Shown one piece after another: positions 26,684 to 41,059 of a stretch of DNA of 64,000 nucleotides. A program made the position numbers and the translations under genes. Numbering within the stretch: the stretch's first letter is position 1; each line of letters begins with the position of its first letter. The notes beneath the pieces are model-generated. The model was not told where the DNA came from. It searched no databases and saw only the letters and a program-made list of their open reading frames with translations. The DNA lies in the NCBI RefSeq assembly GCF_009914755.1, contig NC_060925.1; one strand, 5' to 3'. The stretch is from the human T2T-CHM13v2.0 reference genome, Homo sapiens.

Positions 26684-27859
26684 AGTGGTCCACTTATACC
26701 TCCAATTCAACTTGCTAAAAATGAGCAAGTTGAGCAACTCATTTTCCTCTGGTTCTTCTCTTACTCAACGGTATCACCATCTCCCTAGCTGCACCAACTG
26801 GAAATCTGTAAGGCATCCTAGATACTTCACTTTTGCTCAGATACATATGGTCAGTCACCAGCAGAGCCCGGCTACGAAAAGTGTGCAGAGTCATGACAGA
26901 GGCATTGTCATTCCAGCTGGCTGTGGAGTTACTTAAGAGTTGACTTGATTCCACGCAAACAGTGTCTCCCAAGGGCAGTCCCTATAGGTCCAGGACCCTT
27001 GTCTCTGTGGTGGAAATTGAGCTGTTACTCATGATTCTCTCCTTTTGCTCTGCAGTTTGGAGCCTTGGGAAAATCTCTCATATGTTTTCTTCCTTGGAAC
27101 TCTTTAGAAGTGGCCAGTCAGACCTGATGATGAGAGATATGTATTTTTTTTTCTTTGCCGCTTCTGTTTTGTGTAACCCAGGCAAAAATTATGTGAATGC
27201 AACAACACAGGGATATAGTCAGTATTACAGAAGCCTATTTATGTCTTATTTATAGCTTATTTTAAAACCAGTGGTTTTTACCACTAAAATATAATCTTTT
27301 TAGTAATCTGTAATAGGAACAGTTTTTGCTTTGAAATATACTTGTGATACAAAATGTATACAGAAAAAAACATCGTTTTAATTTAACTATTTGATGTATT
27401 CCTCATCCAAATTTCATAAGAATTATTTTAAATGTTCTGTAAATATTTCTGATTTCTTCTAGAGCATGTATCTTCAATATATGTATATTAATATACAGAT
27501 GATATACATATGCTTCTCTAATCATGCATTGAGTATATATAGAAACATATACAAATGTAGTGATAGACTGATTACGTTAAAATTAATATAAAGAAATTCT
27601 AGTATTTAGTTCTGCCCTGATGGACTGTCTCGTGTGTGTCACTTAAGGTTTACGTATCCAGCATTGGTGACAATTCTGTTCATCTTTGTATGAAAAGGGC
27701 AAACAGGAAATCAGATTTCTGTGTGTTCTCTGAGGAAGTACCATAGTTTCAAAACAGTGACTAGTTTGTGTCCTGTGCAGGTTCTTATTTAATAAGAATA
27801 TGCCTTCTAGCCTTGCACTCACCTTACCATACACCTCTCTGATGGGTTTCTACTTCAGT

Positions 27860-28080
27860 CAGGGGGCAGAATGGTAGAATGGAGAGAATTGCTGAAGTTT
27901 TGTAGTATTGCAATTGCAGCTCTGTCATTAACTGATTTTGTGCCCTTGTGACTTTGTACAAGTTACCTGATCTCTTTTAGACTTATTTTTCTGGAAATAG
28001 AAGGGTTTCAAGCCAGTAGGATCAGGCTTGGGAGCCTGTAAAGCACATCATTTTTCTGACCCATGTGTAAAGTACTGTCA
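27860..28080 (+). mobile_element. MIR remnant
   Basis: cagctctgtcattaactg...tgtgactttgtacaagttacctgatctct. Confidence 0.6.
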
Positions 28081-30861
28081 GATTTATTATAAGCTGGTGC
28101 ACTTAAGAGGTATCAGGAACTCCTTGATTGGTTCTGTAGTATTGAACTTTGAGACTTACCAGAAGATAGAACTGAAGCTATCAGAAAGTGGAGTTTCTGC
28201 ATAAGGCACCATATCAATGCCAGATTATCACCAACAATATTCCAGAAAGGTGGTCATCTAATTTCCACCTCTTGGGATGGAAAATTCACTCCTTTTTAAA
28301 CAGATTATCTCCAGTAAGAAAAGTTTTAAATAAAACTATGTATTTAATACCCCAAAACCAAAAAATTATATACAAATGTGTAATAAAATAATTTACCTTT
28401 ATATATATATATGGTGACCCTTAGAAAATCTGAAGGCAACTATCATACTCCCCTTGGTCTCTTACCTTTAACAGAAACATGTTCAATTCTTTAAATAAAT
28501 TTTCACATGCAGTGACTTCCAGCTCCCTTGCTTACTGATTTGTTATTCTCTGAATATTCTGGAATTAGTTCTGGAATTAGTTTGAAGGTTACTAGTTCCT
28601 GAAAAGTGGCCCCAGAGCTGGTTTTCTGAGCAGGCCCCAGCTCCTGCTGAGCACTGCCTCATTTTGGGGGGCAGCTCATTCCTACTCCCTCTTACCTACT
28701 CACTCCAAGAGGTCTTTTCAAAAGCAGGCAAAGCTTCAAGCCTTTTGGATCAAACTCCATTCTTCATTTGTTTCTAGATAGCTGGCTGAAAGACTGAAAG
28801 CTGACCAGGGCAGGTGTTTTTGGATTTTACTTCCACTGTGTCTTTCTGCTTGACCTGGATCTTTGAACGCTAAATTTTGTTAGGTTTTTTGAATACTAAA
28901 ACTCATTTGTGACATCCAGTTTTCCCTGATATACTGGATTCTGACCTCATTTTTGCCCACAGGACTCCCAGTGCTATTCTTTCTGCCTGCCAGCATCCCA
29001 GGCCTAATTTCTCCAGAATTTCTTATCTTATGGTTATCTTGAGTCTGACATAAAAGTCTCTTCTTCCTCTCAATTCCTCCAGCTCTGAATGTCTGCACAA
29101 TTCATTTCACATTTATCAAATGTAGGCTTGGGTCATCAGCTACCCTTAAAAGCACATGTCTGGTCTGCCCAGTTGGATTAATCATATTCTGTAGTTGGAA
29201 CTAGGGTTTTTGACATTTTGATAGTCAATACAATGCTTAATGTAAATCCTTGAACAAATTAAATTCTTAATAATGCTTAATAAGTAATTGTTAAGCTAAA
29301 GCGATGGCCAAACATGACTTCTCCTTTAACGTACTTTGGAAAATGATTAGGTTTTTGGACCAGTCATTAGATTTGTACCTTGAAGAATTTGTTTATTTCC
29401 TCTTCTCTGACTTTTAAAATTGTGTCACATACTGGGTATTCCTTTCAGGTTTGGTTGCCAGGAAAGTTATAATGAAGTTCACCTACTATGTTGGCTCCAT
29501 GCTTCCCTTACTGTTTTCAATTCTAACTTCCAGTTTGTATTTCTATTATATTAATTGTATGTTATGCCTTTCTCTCATTTTTTAGTAAGATATTTTAAAA
29601 TCCTTTCTGAGAAGGAAGGTTATTACAAATACATTTGTACAAGGCTCTTACTAATAGAAATAAAACTTTTTTAAACTTCTTTTTTGCATTTTGACATTTA
29701 GGAAGTAAAAAAAGAACCAATCTGAAGAAGATATAAGAGGCAGAGTAAGTCTAGATCCCTACCCATTGAAGAAATATTTATCATTTTGCAAACAAGCTGA
29801 TTGTAATTTTTTCTGAAATGTAATGTAAGATGAATTAAATAATTGGAACTTCAGATGGAAAAGAGACTGAAAGATTCATATGCTTCAAATAGTACTACTA
29901 AGTTACTTAGAACAGAGCCATCTGGACAGAATCCATGTTGATATGTGAAAGAAAGGTAAGTAATTTCCTTGAGATATACCTCCATGAAATATCTTCCAAA
30001 ATAGACACAATATGAGTTTGGGTTATAATAAGAAATACTGAACTTAAATCAATGTTTAACAACTCTAAGGGACATGGAGTAACTATAAAGCAATAAGAAG
30101 TTTTGTGTGTTGTTCATTTTTACTATTTTTGAGTCCTATTCCATATTACCCTAATGTCGTGACAAGGTGAAAATGGCACGTTTCCTATAATCAGTGCTAG
30201 ATATTAGATTGTATTCCAAATTCCATAAGAATTATTTTATACTACCTAGTTTAGTGCTTTAGTTTTATATTATTGTCTAGTTGATATCAACCGATGGTTA
30301 CATACAGGAGACACAAATGCATAAGGTCTAGCAATTGATTTCAAGAGCTTACTTCCTAATAGGAGAGCATATAGACTGGAATTAATCTAATTATATCAGT
30401 TGTATTTCATCTTGCCTCTTCAAATATATGATGTGTGGCTGCAGAGAATTATGATGTCATCTTATACTTTGATACTTCCCTGTTGTGTCAGGTAGCAGTA
30501 ACAACCCACATAAAAACAAGCAGGATTTTAACAAGGTGGTATGATACAACTAAACTTTTGAGATGACCCTACCGTAAATCACCGTAGTGTATAAATCCAC
30601 AAAAGAGATAACAACCTTAAAGAAATTTAAAAAGAATAAAAAGGCTTTAAGTTCTAATATCAGTTGGCATATAGTTAATTCTCAAAGTGACTGGCACAGT
30701 TATCCAAACAGCTGGTGTTTCACAAGCACTTGATGTTTGATTGATTGATGTAGAACAGCAACTAAACCGTTGGAACAATGATGTGGTCTCTAGACCACAT
30801 CAGTTTACAAATCAGCTCATGGGTACATTGTAGAAGTACTCTCTTTTTGCTAGGTGTCTTT

Positions 30862-31358
30862 TGTTGCAGGGTTGTCATCCATGAACCTTGCAATGGGCAA
30901 GGAAAAGATATTACTTTTTCTCCCCTACACTAACAATACCCTTTACACACACACATTTAATATTTTATTTGGCACAGAAGCCTTCAGAAATGAAGACCCA
31001 GTGATCCAGGGAAAACCATATTTTTATAGACAGTCATGAAGAAATGTGATGGTAAAACCAAAAGGTATTATTTAATGGTAATAACCTTGTGGTGGGGGGA
31101 GCTTAGTAAGGCCCGTTCTTTCAGATTCTTCTTGGCCTTCTGGTTATAGGTCATAACCTCTCTGGAATGAGGGTCTTGTGACCTTCTCTCAGGGGGATAG
31201 GTCAGAGAACTATTTCATGGCCTGCTTCAGGGGAGAAAGATGGGAGAAGGTCAGAGAGTGACTTTTGGGCTTTCATTGTTTTCTCAATTTCCTTTAGCTT
31301 AAAATACTCAGTATGCCAAGGTGGTATATTTTGGGGTATTGTGTTCTGAGCCCCAACA
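30862..31358 (-). mobile_element. ERV1-class LTR (MER34/MER39-like)
   Basis: Minus strand starts TGTTGGGGCTCAGAACACAATACCCCAAAATATACC. Confidence 0.72.
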
Positions 31359-31959
31359 TGAGACATCAGGATGGTGGTGATGAAGGAAAAATGTACTAAT
31401 GAGGATTACAACAGAGGTGGAGTCTGGATCTGGTCTAAGATAAGATTAGCAGTGTTCCCAGACTGAAAGACAATTACTTGGTGTTTGGAAGTCAGTCAAA
31501 TATTAAGTAGGTAAGAAATGGTAATCTTAGGACTCCACTATCTGGGAAAGGATTGTTCATGACATTTAGAGGACTGAGAAATGGAAGATCAAAGACAATG
31601 ACCAAGGTCAGACAAATGTTCACCCTCTGGGAGAAATTTTAGTCAAAAAGGTTAAATGGCCCATCAGATGGAAGTATATCAATTTCTGAGGAAACAAGGA
31701 GATCTCAAGTCAGGTTTCCAGTACTTTGGAGTCTAGTAGAGGAAATAAGACAGTATTAAAAATTATAGCCCATGATAATGTTCAAAAGAAGGATATAATC
31801 AAAGTACTGTAGACCAACAAAGACTGAATGTAAGGGAAATAATGTTAAGTAAATGGATATTATGTACTAAAAGCATGCTAGCTATTAAAAATGTGCAGGA
31901 GGAAGATACCATGTCAGTTGGAAGATTAGAAAAGGCTTTGTCGTTAATGTCTTTAAAGT

Positions 31960-32190
31960 AGGTGATCAGAGAACGAAATCTGAAGCCAGATGATCTGGAT
32001 TCTAATCTTATCATTGAAACACTGATTTTTTTTTTGACAATTGCTTAAATAGTTTAAACTTAGGATTTCTATTATGAAAACTTAGGATGGTAATAGCTAT
32101 ATAACCTTACAGAATGATGGTGAGAACAAAATTAGCTGAACTGTAAAGTTACTTGAAGGTGGTAAAGTCTTATAAGTTATCATTTATAAC
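31960..32190 (+). mobile_element. MIR remnant
   Basis: gaagccagatgatctggattctaatctt...ccttacagaatgatggtgagaacaaaa. Confidence 0.5.
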
Positions 32191-32896
32191 AAATAAATAT
32201 AATTCCGTAGAAATAAATGCTCTATAAATTTTAGGTATTTGAAAAAAATGGAAAATTGAAAATGAATCCTGTTGCATTACTGCTGTCATGTCATAATGCT
32301 GTGACATATTTCCTTCTAATGGTAAAAGATCCATTCTACATTCCTTTATTCTTGGAAAATAGTTATCAGAATAACAATCTATTTTATAGTGAAATATTTC
32401 TTAAGTAATTTTCTTGAAATACAATTTTTGAAATACCAATTGTATTTAACTGACATTCATATTGTTGAATATGTCAAATCCAACTTGATTTAGTATAAAT
32501 ATTAAACAAGATTTTGGGTTCTCTTCAGAGCTAGCAAGGAATCCTTAAAAATCAGGCATAGTTGGGCCTAGGGAAAACCAAAATGTCAATAATTTGCTTT
32601 AATGAAAGATTATTTATTGGTCATATGTATAGTTTTAGATTTCTCTTACAGATTTAATCTTTGTAGCATTAATTGATAATTTTCAGGCGGGTTTTGTCAT
32701 AGTGAGAATAAAGATAACATAGTCTTGGTCTCTTTCTGCTTCAGAGTTAAGCCTCCTGTACAGACTGAGGACTGAAATCTTTTTGTGGACTACTGAAAAC
32801 TGGCATCCTTCTAGGTCATCTGATAAATGGGTTATCCCCAAGTATGGCTTATGCTTTCTCCAGAGTCCAAAAGAATCTACCAAATGTTGTGCTTCT

Positions 32897-34798
<1,902 letters not shown>

Positions 34799-34849
34799 GT
34801 ACAGCTGTAGCCTGATAAGATTTAAAAAAAAGTTGTGCTTATCTTTTTG

Positions 34850-36060
34850 TCTTTTTTTGAGGAGTTATTCTGGCATGCCTCAAATCATTGTATCCCTAGA
34901 AATTTCACAGAAGTGTCAGGCCCCTGAACCTTGTGGGATTTTACTCCAATTGTTTCATATGTATGTGTCTTATTAGGTGCATTATGGGTGCTTGTCAATT
35001 TCTGGACTTCTCACCAGGTGCACATAAGTGTGCAGTCATTAATATAGTAGACTGGTATGAGGTCAAAATAATTAAGGTTCTTGTGGGCTACATTATAACT
35101 GACAGCAAAATTGTTGACCTACTCCTGAGTTAAAATGGTGAAGGTATACTGCTGTCCTTGCCCTGTAAAAGTGAATTGCTTTGATCTTCCCTATGGATGG
35201 TTATCATGAATAAATCATTTGCCAACGTAATAAACACATACCACCTGCCAGAGACTGTGTTGATTTATTTTAGTAAAGGTACCAACCTGGCACAGCTGCT
35301 TCGATTATGGAGATCGTCTGCTTAAGTGTCTGCTAATCATCCTACGACCCATCTGGGGTTCGCATTCAATGGAGATATGACAAAGATAATCAACATTATG
35401 TCTTTCAATATATGATGGCTCCATATACATATGGTGGCTCCAAATTTTGTAATTCTTTTAGGTGTATTGCTTCTTGGTGTGGAGGATGTGGCAGTTCAGG
35501 AGCTTCTGTTGTCATTTCTTCCTGCCATTACTTCACAGGTTAGGAAACTAGTTGAGGGTTCTGTCAGGTGCTAAGTATATTTATCTCAATTATATAAAGA
35601 GAACTGGGGAAATAACGTTATTGGGAGAGTATGGGGGGTGGTTTGTGGACCTTTGGATGATGTGCAACAGATTTTGGTTAAAACACAACTTGTCATTTGG
35701 ATTCCATAAACTCTCATTTAAACAAGGATGGCATTGCCTTTGAAATCTCGTGATATCATGTTCTCTTATACCTCATATCTAATAGTTCTAAAAAAAATCT
35801 GTGAATTTCCCTTGTCCCAGTTCATGCTAAGGAATAATTACAGATCTCAATAAGAAAAGATGGAAATAATATACACTGTGTATCTTTGTGGAGATATTTC
35901 AAGGTCCTTCCTTATGGGATTCAGCCTCTACTTCAATGAATAGACTCTATTCTTGGAGACACTTAGATCTTGAAATGGTGTGTAGGTCACTCTTTTCTAT
36001 TGCGGTGGATGATTTCAGTCATTTTTTTGCCAGATTTTGATATTTTTGATTATATAAATC
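34850..36060 (-). mobile_element. ERVL internal remnant (pro/RT region)
   Basis: Minus-strand translation near 35130-35360 gives IEAAVP, LLK*INTVSGRWYVFITLANDLF and QGQQYTFTIL, resembling ERVL RT (IAAAVP, LLEQINTSPGTWYAAIDLANAFF, QGQQYTFTVLPQG). Confidence 0.75.
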
Positions 36061-36079
36061 AAGTGAAAACTTAGTTTGC

Positions 36080-37350
36080 TTTTCCCACAAGGGTGCCTAG
36101 ATAATCAGTGAGGAGAAAGAAAGTATTTTCAAAAAATGATGCTGGGAAAACTGAATATCCACATTAAAAGAATGAAGCTGAATTCCTAACTCACACTATA
36201 TATAAAAATTATCTCAAAATGTATCATATATTTAAATGTAAGTGTTAAAACTGTTAAACTCTTGGAAGTAAATGTAGGAGTAAATCTTTATGATCTTGAA
36301 TTAGGCACTGGTTTCATAGATATAACACCAAAACCATAAACAACAAAAGAAAAAATAGATAAATTGGACTTAATCAAAGTAAAGCATTTTGTGCTACAAT
36401 GACACCATCAAAAAACTAAAAAGATAACTGACAGAATGAAAGAAAATATTTGCTAATCATATATCTCATAGGAGACTTATATTTAGAATATATAGGAACT
36501 CTTACAACTCAATAACCAAAAGACAGACTAACTTTTAAAATAGGCAAAGGATTTGAATCTACGTTTCTTTAAAGAAAAAGTATGAATAATCTATATGCAC
36601 ATGGAAAGATAATTAGCATTATTAATCATCAAGAAGTACAAATCAAAACCACAATGAGATACAACTTCACACACACTAGGACAGCTGAAATAAAAAAGAA
36701 AGACACTATCAAGTATTGGTGGAGTTGTGGAGAAATTGGAACGCTTGTACATTGCTGGGAGATTGTCAAATGGGACAGCTACTTTGTAAAACACTTTGGC
36801 ACTTCCTCAAAATGTTAAACAGAGTAACATTATGTCCCAGCAATTCTACTTCCAAGTTTATTCACAAGATAATTGAAGGCATACGCCACTCAAAAGCTTG
36901 CACACAAATGTTCATTGCGGCATTATGCATAATAGCCAAAAGTGGAAGCTACTGATAAATAGACAAAATATCCTTGCAATTGAATATTATTTAACAACCA
37001 AAAGGAATGAAGTAATGACATGTACTTTAACATGGATGAAGCTTAAAAACATTATGTTAAATGGAAGAGGTCAGTCACAAAATGTCATGTATTGTATAAT
37101 TCCATTTATTCACAGAATATTCACAAAGATGAAAGGTAGATTAATGATTGTCAGGAGATTGGGGAAAAGGGGGAATGGAGAGCAACTGCTAATTGGTATG
37201 GGGTTTCTTTTTGGGTGTATGAAATGTTCTAAAATCACATGGTAGTGATGTTTGCACAACTCTGTGAATCTACCAAAAAATCCTGAATTGTACACTTTTA
37301 AGGATGAATTTCAAGGTATGTTAATGTTTGTCTCAATAAAACAGTTATTT
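36080..37350 (+). mobile_element. L1MB-type 3' end inserted in the ERVL remnant
   Basis: gctgggaaaactgaatatcc...atcaaaaccacaatgagatac...tgaattgtacactttt...ctcaataaaacagtt. Confidence 0.85.
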
Positions 37351-37359
37351 TAATAATGT

Positions 37360-38181
37360 AGTTTGCTCTCCATCTAAGAATATCATGATCTCTTAGTCAC
37401 CATCATAGATTGCATGTCAAAACATTCTGATTGGCATTCCCATGTTGCTACCCATGCAGTAAGTCAGCCCATCTTGCCTCTGACAGTTAAGTACCGCTAT
37501 TTTGTCTCTGCATTCCAAGATCCCACCAACCTCATTGATATTAGGGAGTCCAAATACATGTAGCAACCCCAATTATAACCCTAAAAATCTAGAATGAAAT
37601 TTCTCAAAGATCCTTCTGCCCTTTTCAAAGGATCACAGTAGTCATAGGCTCTCCTGCAGGCTCTCTTGTGGAAAAGAGGCGGAGGTTCTTGAACCATATG
37701 CAGTAAGTTTATTTTAACATCTCTACTTCCGTATGCCTTCTAATCTTTTCTTTGGTTATGCCAAAGATGCTCTATCCATCTAATTTCATTTGTAGTAGGC
37801 CATAAACAAGTCTGGACTTCAAAGAGCTACCCCACCAAACCATTAGGAACCCTTCTATGTGCTCTTGACAAACTATTAAATCATGAGTGAAGGGTTAGTG
37901 TTCATTAGTAAATTCTCTCCTATCCAATCATATATTCTGAGTCCCCTGATTCTACTCTACGTTGTTAAAATCCACTCCCACAAGTTTCTCCAGTTTCTGC
38001 CAGGATATATTTGCCAGGTTCTGCTATTCCTTCTGTTGTAGGATACTTTCCTTGAAACTTGTACTTCTCCAATCAGGCTATGATAAGACCTGACTCAGCT
38101 TTTAGCCAAGGGACAAAGAGGAACAAATAAGATTTGTGCAGAATGGGACAAATTGTTGCTGTCATGCTGTTTTGCTTATTT
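37360..38181 (-). mobile_element. ERVL internal remnant (gag region)
   Basis: Minus strand ctggcaaatatatcctggcagaaactggagaaacttgtgggagtggatttta, resembling ERVL gag LANLYRQKPGEHVWEWIL. Confidence 0.6.
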
Positions 38182-38204
38182 CTTAATAAAAAGTCCACCT
38201 ACTT

Positions 38205-38401
38205 CAGCTACTCCAGAGGCTGAGGCAAGAGAATAGCCTGAACCCGGAAAGCGGAGCTTGCAGTGAGCTGAGATCACACCACTGCACTCCAGCCTGGGTG
38301 ACAGAGCGAGGCTCCTTACCTACCTAATATAAACTTATGGCATGCTTATATTTTATGTCACAAATATAAATATATAAATATAAATATAAATATAAATAAA
38401 A
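38205..38401 (+). mobile_element. Alu right arm only (AluY-like), with a ~41-bp insert before an (AAATAT)n tail
   Basis: cagctactccagaggctgaggc...gcggagcttgcagtgag...gagcgaggctcc [38316-38356] gtcac aaatataaat... Confidence 0.85.
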
Positions 38402-38679
38402 GTATCAGCTTGGTAATATTTCTGATATATACTTCTGGTCTTCAAGAATTTTTTTGCAATGGTAACTGTAGAAAAGTTATCACAAAACAAACCTTATCCT
38501 TAAAATAGTAATCTCTTCCTAAAAATTCAACAGGTAATTATTGTTTGGTGAAAGAATATACTTACAAAACAAATTAATAAGATTACTTTGTCTGGTCCTT
38601 CAGTGAAAATTTATCCAGTGATCCAATATTCCTATTGATCAAGCAAAGGATGAAAGCAAAGATACTCATTTGAGAATGT

Positions 38680-39100
38680 ATTCACCTGAGTTCCCCCAGA
38701 AAGAGACCCTGGCAGGAGGAATTAAGTGACTTATTTGGGACCTGTGTTCCTTGGTAGCACTAGTGGGGGAGTGGAGAAGTGAGACAGGAAAGAAGACACT
38801 GACTCAGAGCACTTTAATGAGCAGTTGCCACTGTGGCCAATTGGCACCTAACCCTTCTATGGATCTCCAGGAGATGATATGTGCATGGAACCCTTTAGAA
38901 TGATCTCAGTAAAGGAGCAAGGTGGCTGAGGCCTGTCTGAAGTCTGCCTCTGAGAGTGTTGACTTCCTAGCTCTGGCCATCTCAGCTTACCCCAAAAATG
39001 CCCTCAGGTGGAGAGTCACAGTTTCTGACAGTTGGACACCACTGACCTGAATGAAGACAGTAAGTAAATACCAGGGAATATGGGTAGGATCTCTTAATAA
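38680..39100 (-). mobile_element. LTR16-like ERVL LTR
   Basis: ccagaaagagaccctg...ttatttggga...gaagtgagacagg...gagcagttgccactgtggcca...gggaatatgggtagg. Confidence 0.7.
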
Positions 39101-41059
39101 AAGACTTAATAAAAAGTCCACCTACTTCAGTTGAACAAATAAACATGTCCCACATCCTTTAGCATTTGGCTCTCAAGGTCATGAATTTAATGATATCTGT
39201 TGATCTCTTATAAGTGAAGAATTAAGAAGTAAGTGGAAAGGCCATTTAACATAAGAACCCTTCCCCCACCAGACTATAAGTACCATGAGAGTAAGCAATT
39301 TGTTTCTTTTGATTACCATGATATCCTCAGTATCTGGTAGAATACCCAATTACTATTTGTTTGATGACATTATAATGTCTATTTTCTAACATTATTGAAA
39401 AGAAAGCTTTCTCTTTCTTCTTTTTTTTTTGATTTTTTTTAATATTATGGTTCAGAGATCTCCACTAATCAGTTAACCAGAGCCTGGTAAACAGTAGGAA
39501 CTTAGTAAATATTAGTAGAATGAATAAATGAAATGAAGACAGTCATTATTACTGTTATAGTTTTAGTCATGCTATATTCATTTCAATTAATACTAATATT
39601 TAGCTATTAAAATTATTAATCTGTTATGTTTTAATGGAAGCTAGAGTGCTTGGTGTGCTGATAAATACCAGAAGATAGAATTCTTTTATAAGTGACACAT
39701 GAGTCTATTTAATCTGCATACATTTTCTATTAGTTCTAGTATATGTAGAATTTCACATTACCCAGTTTGTGTCTACATTAAGAAATGTTTTGACTTTTGA
39801 AATACAAACACACACACATAAACACAAACACATGAACACACACACATATACAAACACACACATACACAACTAGCCCTCTCATTATCCTTTCCAAGGAGAT
39901 ATAGGAGATTCCACTCAGTTTAGAATAATTTATATTTGGCACTGGACTATATTAAATAATTTATTTTACAAAATTTCTTTAAAAGATTTTTTTCTTAGGT
40001 TCCTGGAATTGGTTTGCCTACCCTTGAACATGTATTTGAAAGTGGAGGGCAGCCTGACTCAGAGAAGTTTTAGTACAGCAGAAACCAACCTGGAGTTATA
40101 CATGAACTTCAAATGATCCACAAAATACAAATTCAGCTCTATGTTTCCTTTATTTTGTACCTATCATTAGAGCATTTGGTGTCTTCTTTGTCTTAAGTAT
40201 TTTTTCCCCCTGCTTTGGCCTAGATTGTATTTGTCTGGTTAATTCTTATTTATTCTATAGATATTCTCTTAAAGGCTCCATTCTCCAGGATGCCTTCCCT
40301 GAATCCTTGTTCACTAAGTAAAATTTAGGTGCTTCTGCTTCTTATTTCCCCACAGCAAACTCAACACTTTCCCTCCAGCAGTACTGAGTAAGCTCAGTGG
40401 GAGCAGGGGCCATGTCTACTTTGTGAAACCCTCGCACCTGTCCAGAGCCTGCCACGAAGCAGGTGCTCAGAATCTCAAAATGCAGGAACGACTGGAGGAA
40501 TAAGTCATCCGTGATCTTTGCCTTCAACCCCATTTTTTACCCCATCCCACCTTACCTTGCTCTCCCAAACTGAACATATTTTAGTTCCTCAATCATGCCA
40601 TGTGATGTCTCTCTCCCAGGCCTGGCACATGCTGTTCCCTGAGAGCAAATCTCTTCTTTCTCTTCATTGCGCTCAGTCTGGCTCATCCTTCAAATGTCAG
40701 CTTACAGCCACCTTCCTCTGGGAAGCCTCTCTCTCCATCTACCAGTCTTCAGTTGGGCACTACATTCATGGCCCTGTAGCACTACCCATATGTTCCATTG
40801 ATGCTTGTTGGCATACGTCTTCCCTGTTCTCACAGACTCACTGAGTTTGTGCACCTTCAATTTTTCTGGAATGAATAAATGGGTGACCTAGTGTTCTGAT
40901 GAACAACTTGTGGAAGACACTTAACAAATAGTGGCCTCAGAGCACCTATTTTTTGCCTTCTGGCTTCTTGGAGAAACAAAACTTAAAATGAATTGAAATT
41001 CAGTTCAATTGGTTAATGGGCCTGCGTTTCCATTTAGAGTGTGAGACATCAAATTAGAT

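Noticed and set aside
28557-28580. 12-bp perfect tandem duplication ttctggaattag x2; also three ggattgaacaaaa-like units at ~18711-18783
   Set aside because: Ordinary slippage inside old repeat-like DNA, with no further structure.
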